DNA of 64,000 nucleotides, from positions 28,908 to 92,907 of the IMG/VR virus record IMGVR_UViG_3300033121_002154; one strand, given 5' to 3'. This document shows, in pieces, positions 63,348 to 64,000 of this stretch (the first letter of the stretch is position 1; the number at the start of each line of letters is the position of its first letter). Source of the DNA: a virus. Lineage: Duplodnaviria; Caudoviricetes. The position numbers and the translations under genes are program-made. The notes below the pieces were generated by a model. That model ran no database searches. It saw only the letters and a list, made by a program, of their open reading frames with translations, and had not been told where the DNA came from.

Positions 63348-63731
63348 TCATTTTTTAATGTCTATTAAATAATTTCTTTTTTTAAGTTTATTTCTCCAAT
63401 CTCCTTCAATCCAAGTTCCTTTTTCCCAAATTCCGCTATACCATATTCCATTAATCCAAGTTCCATCTTTCCAAATTCCATTATACCAATATCCACCTCC
63501 CCAAGTTCCATCTTCCCAAGTTCCATTTAACCATGTTCCATTATGCCAAATACCGTCTTTCCAAATACCATCAAGCCAAATTAATTGTTCTGAAATATCA
63601 AGTCCTAAAATAACATGCTTTATTTTTGCCTTCAAAATCCAGGGAAACTTTTCTTTTAAAATTTCTAAAGTCAAATCACCTTTCAGTTCTTTGATTCCAT
63701 ATTTTCTAAAATTATTAAAAAAATATTTCAA
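63348..63731 (-). CDS. GxWxx pentapeptide-repeat protein
   Basis: KYFF.NFRKYGI..LK..LTLEILKEKF.W shared with 27268-27654. Confidence 0.85.
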   Translation of the reverse strand: MKYFFNNFRKYGIKELKGDLTLEILKEKFPWILKAKIKHVILGLDISEQLIWLDGIWKDGIWHNGTWLNGTWEDGTWGGGYWYNGIWKDGTWINGIWYSGIWEKGTWIEGDWRNKLKKRNYLIDIKK

Positions 63732-63776
63732 AATCTTATATTTTATATTTATGATTTATATGTTGGAATTTCATGA

Positions 63777-64000
63777 TTAAGGGATTGCTTCCCGACCGAC
63801 CCCACTTTTCCAAGTTCCATTCACCCACAATCCATTATGCCAAATTCCACCACACCAAATTCCATTTCTCCAAGTCCCATTCTCCCATTTTCCATTATAC
63901 CATCTTCCATCAACCCAGGTTCCATTATACCAAATACCATCTTCCCAAAATCCGTCTCCCCAAAACCCAGTTTCCCACACCCCATTTCCCCATACTCCAT
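63777..64000 (-). CDS. GxWxx pentapeptide-repeat protein (5' partial)
   Basis: Frame open to window edge; G.W.. repeats. Confidence 0.75.
   Translation of the reverse strand, partial: GVWGNGVWETGFWGDGFWEDGIWYNGTWVDGRWYNGKWENGTWRNGIWCGGIWHNGLWVNGTWKSGVGREAIP

Larger units (their letters stand above)
22685..64000 (-). other. early/accessory region of densely packed small minus-strand ORFs, mostly hypothetical
   Basis: More than 90 co-oriented short ORFs with frequent stop/start overlaps; the only convincing plus-strand gene is 42549-44132. Confidence 0.85.

Noticed and set aside
1-64000. Alternative genetic code (TAG/TGA recoding)
   Set aside because: Long conserved genes are intact in the standard code, several end at TAG or TGA, and no suppressor tRNA was seen; only isolated in-frame stops occur.

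Overview
Very AT-rich segment of a large T4-like (gp23-type capsid) jumbo phage in the standard genetic code. Host is possibly Ignavibacteriota/Bacteroidota-Chlorobiota, inferred from an Ignavibacteria-type dockerin-like domain and a bS21 gene beside the capsid genes. (1) 1-22.6 kb, + strand, late/virion block: many otherwise unrelated enzymes (about eight ADP-ribosyltransferase-fold proteins, an HEXXH peptidase, a CCA-adding enzyme and an OmpR/PhoB-type winged-helix protein). Most carry a short N-terminal 'MKL..I(I/L)NE' leader resembling a capsid-targeting/prohead-protease signal. Also here are topoisomerase IB, a double beta-helix protein, bS21, an acidic scaffold, the major capsid protein and a terminator. 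(2) 22.7-64 kb, almost all - strand, early/accessory block of small ORFs: MazG/DUF550, HD nucleotidase, ThyX, uS3-like KH protein, Csx20-like ring nuclease candidate, DenV-like glycosylase, GIY-YIG, metallophosphoesterase, WGR-PARP and YkuK RNase H. It includes a cluster of about 12 mostly CCA-less tRNAs, several odd tRNA-like or structured RNAs, and 14 copies of an 11-bp-period direct repeat (GTAATA-N5-GTAAYA) upstream of transcription units. Best hypotheses: a leader-tagged, capsid-packaged effector arsenal; a packaged receiver-less PhoB-like activator that reads the 14 repeat boxes; and an anti-CRISPR ring nuclease. All family assignments are from motif recognition by eye; no searches were run.
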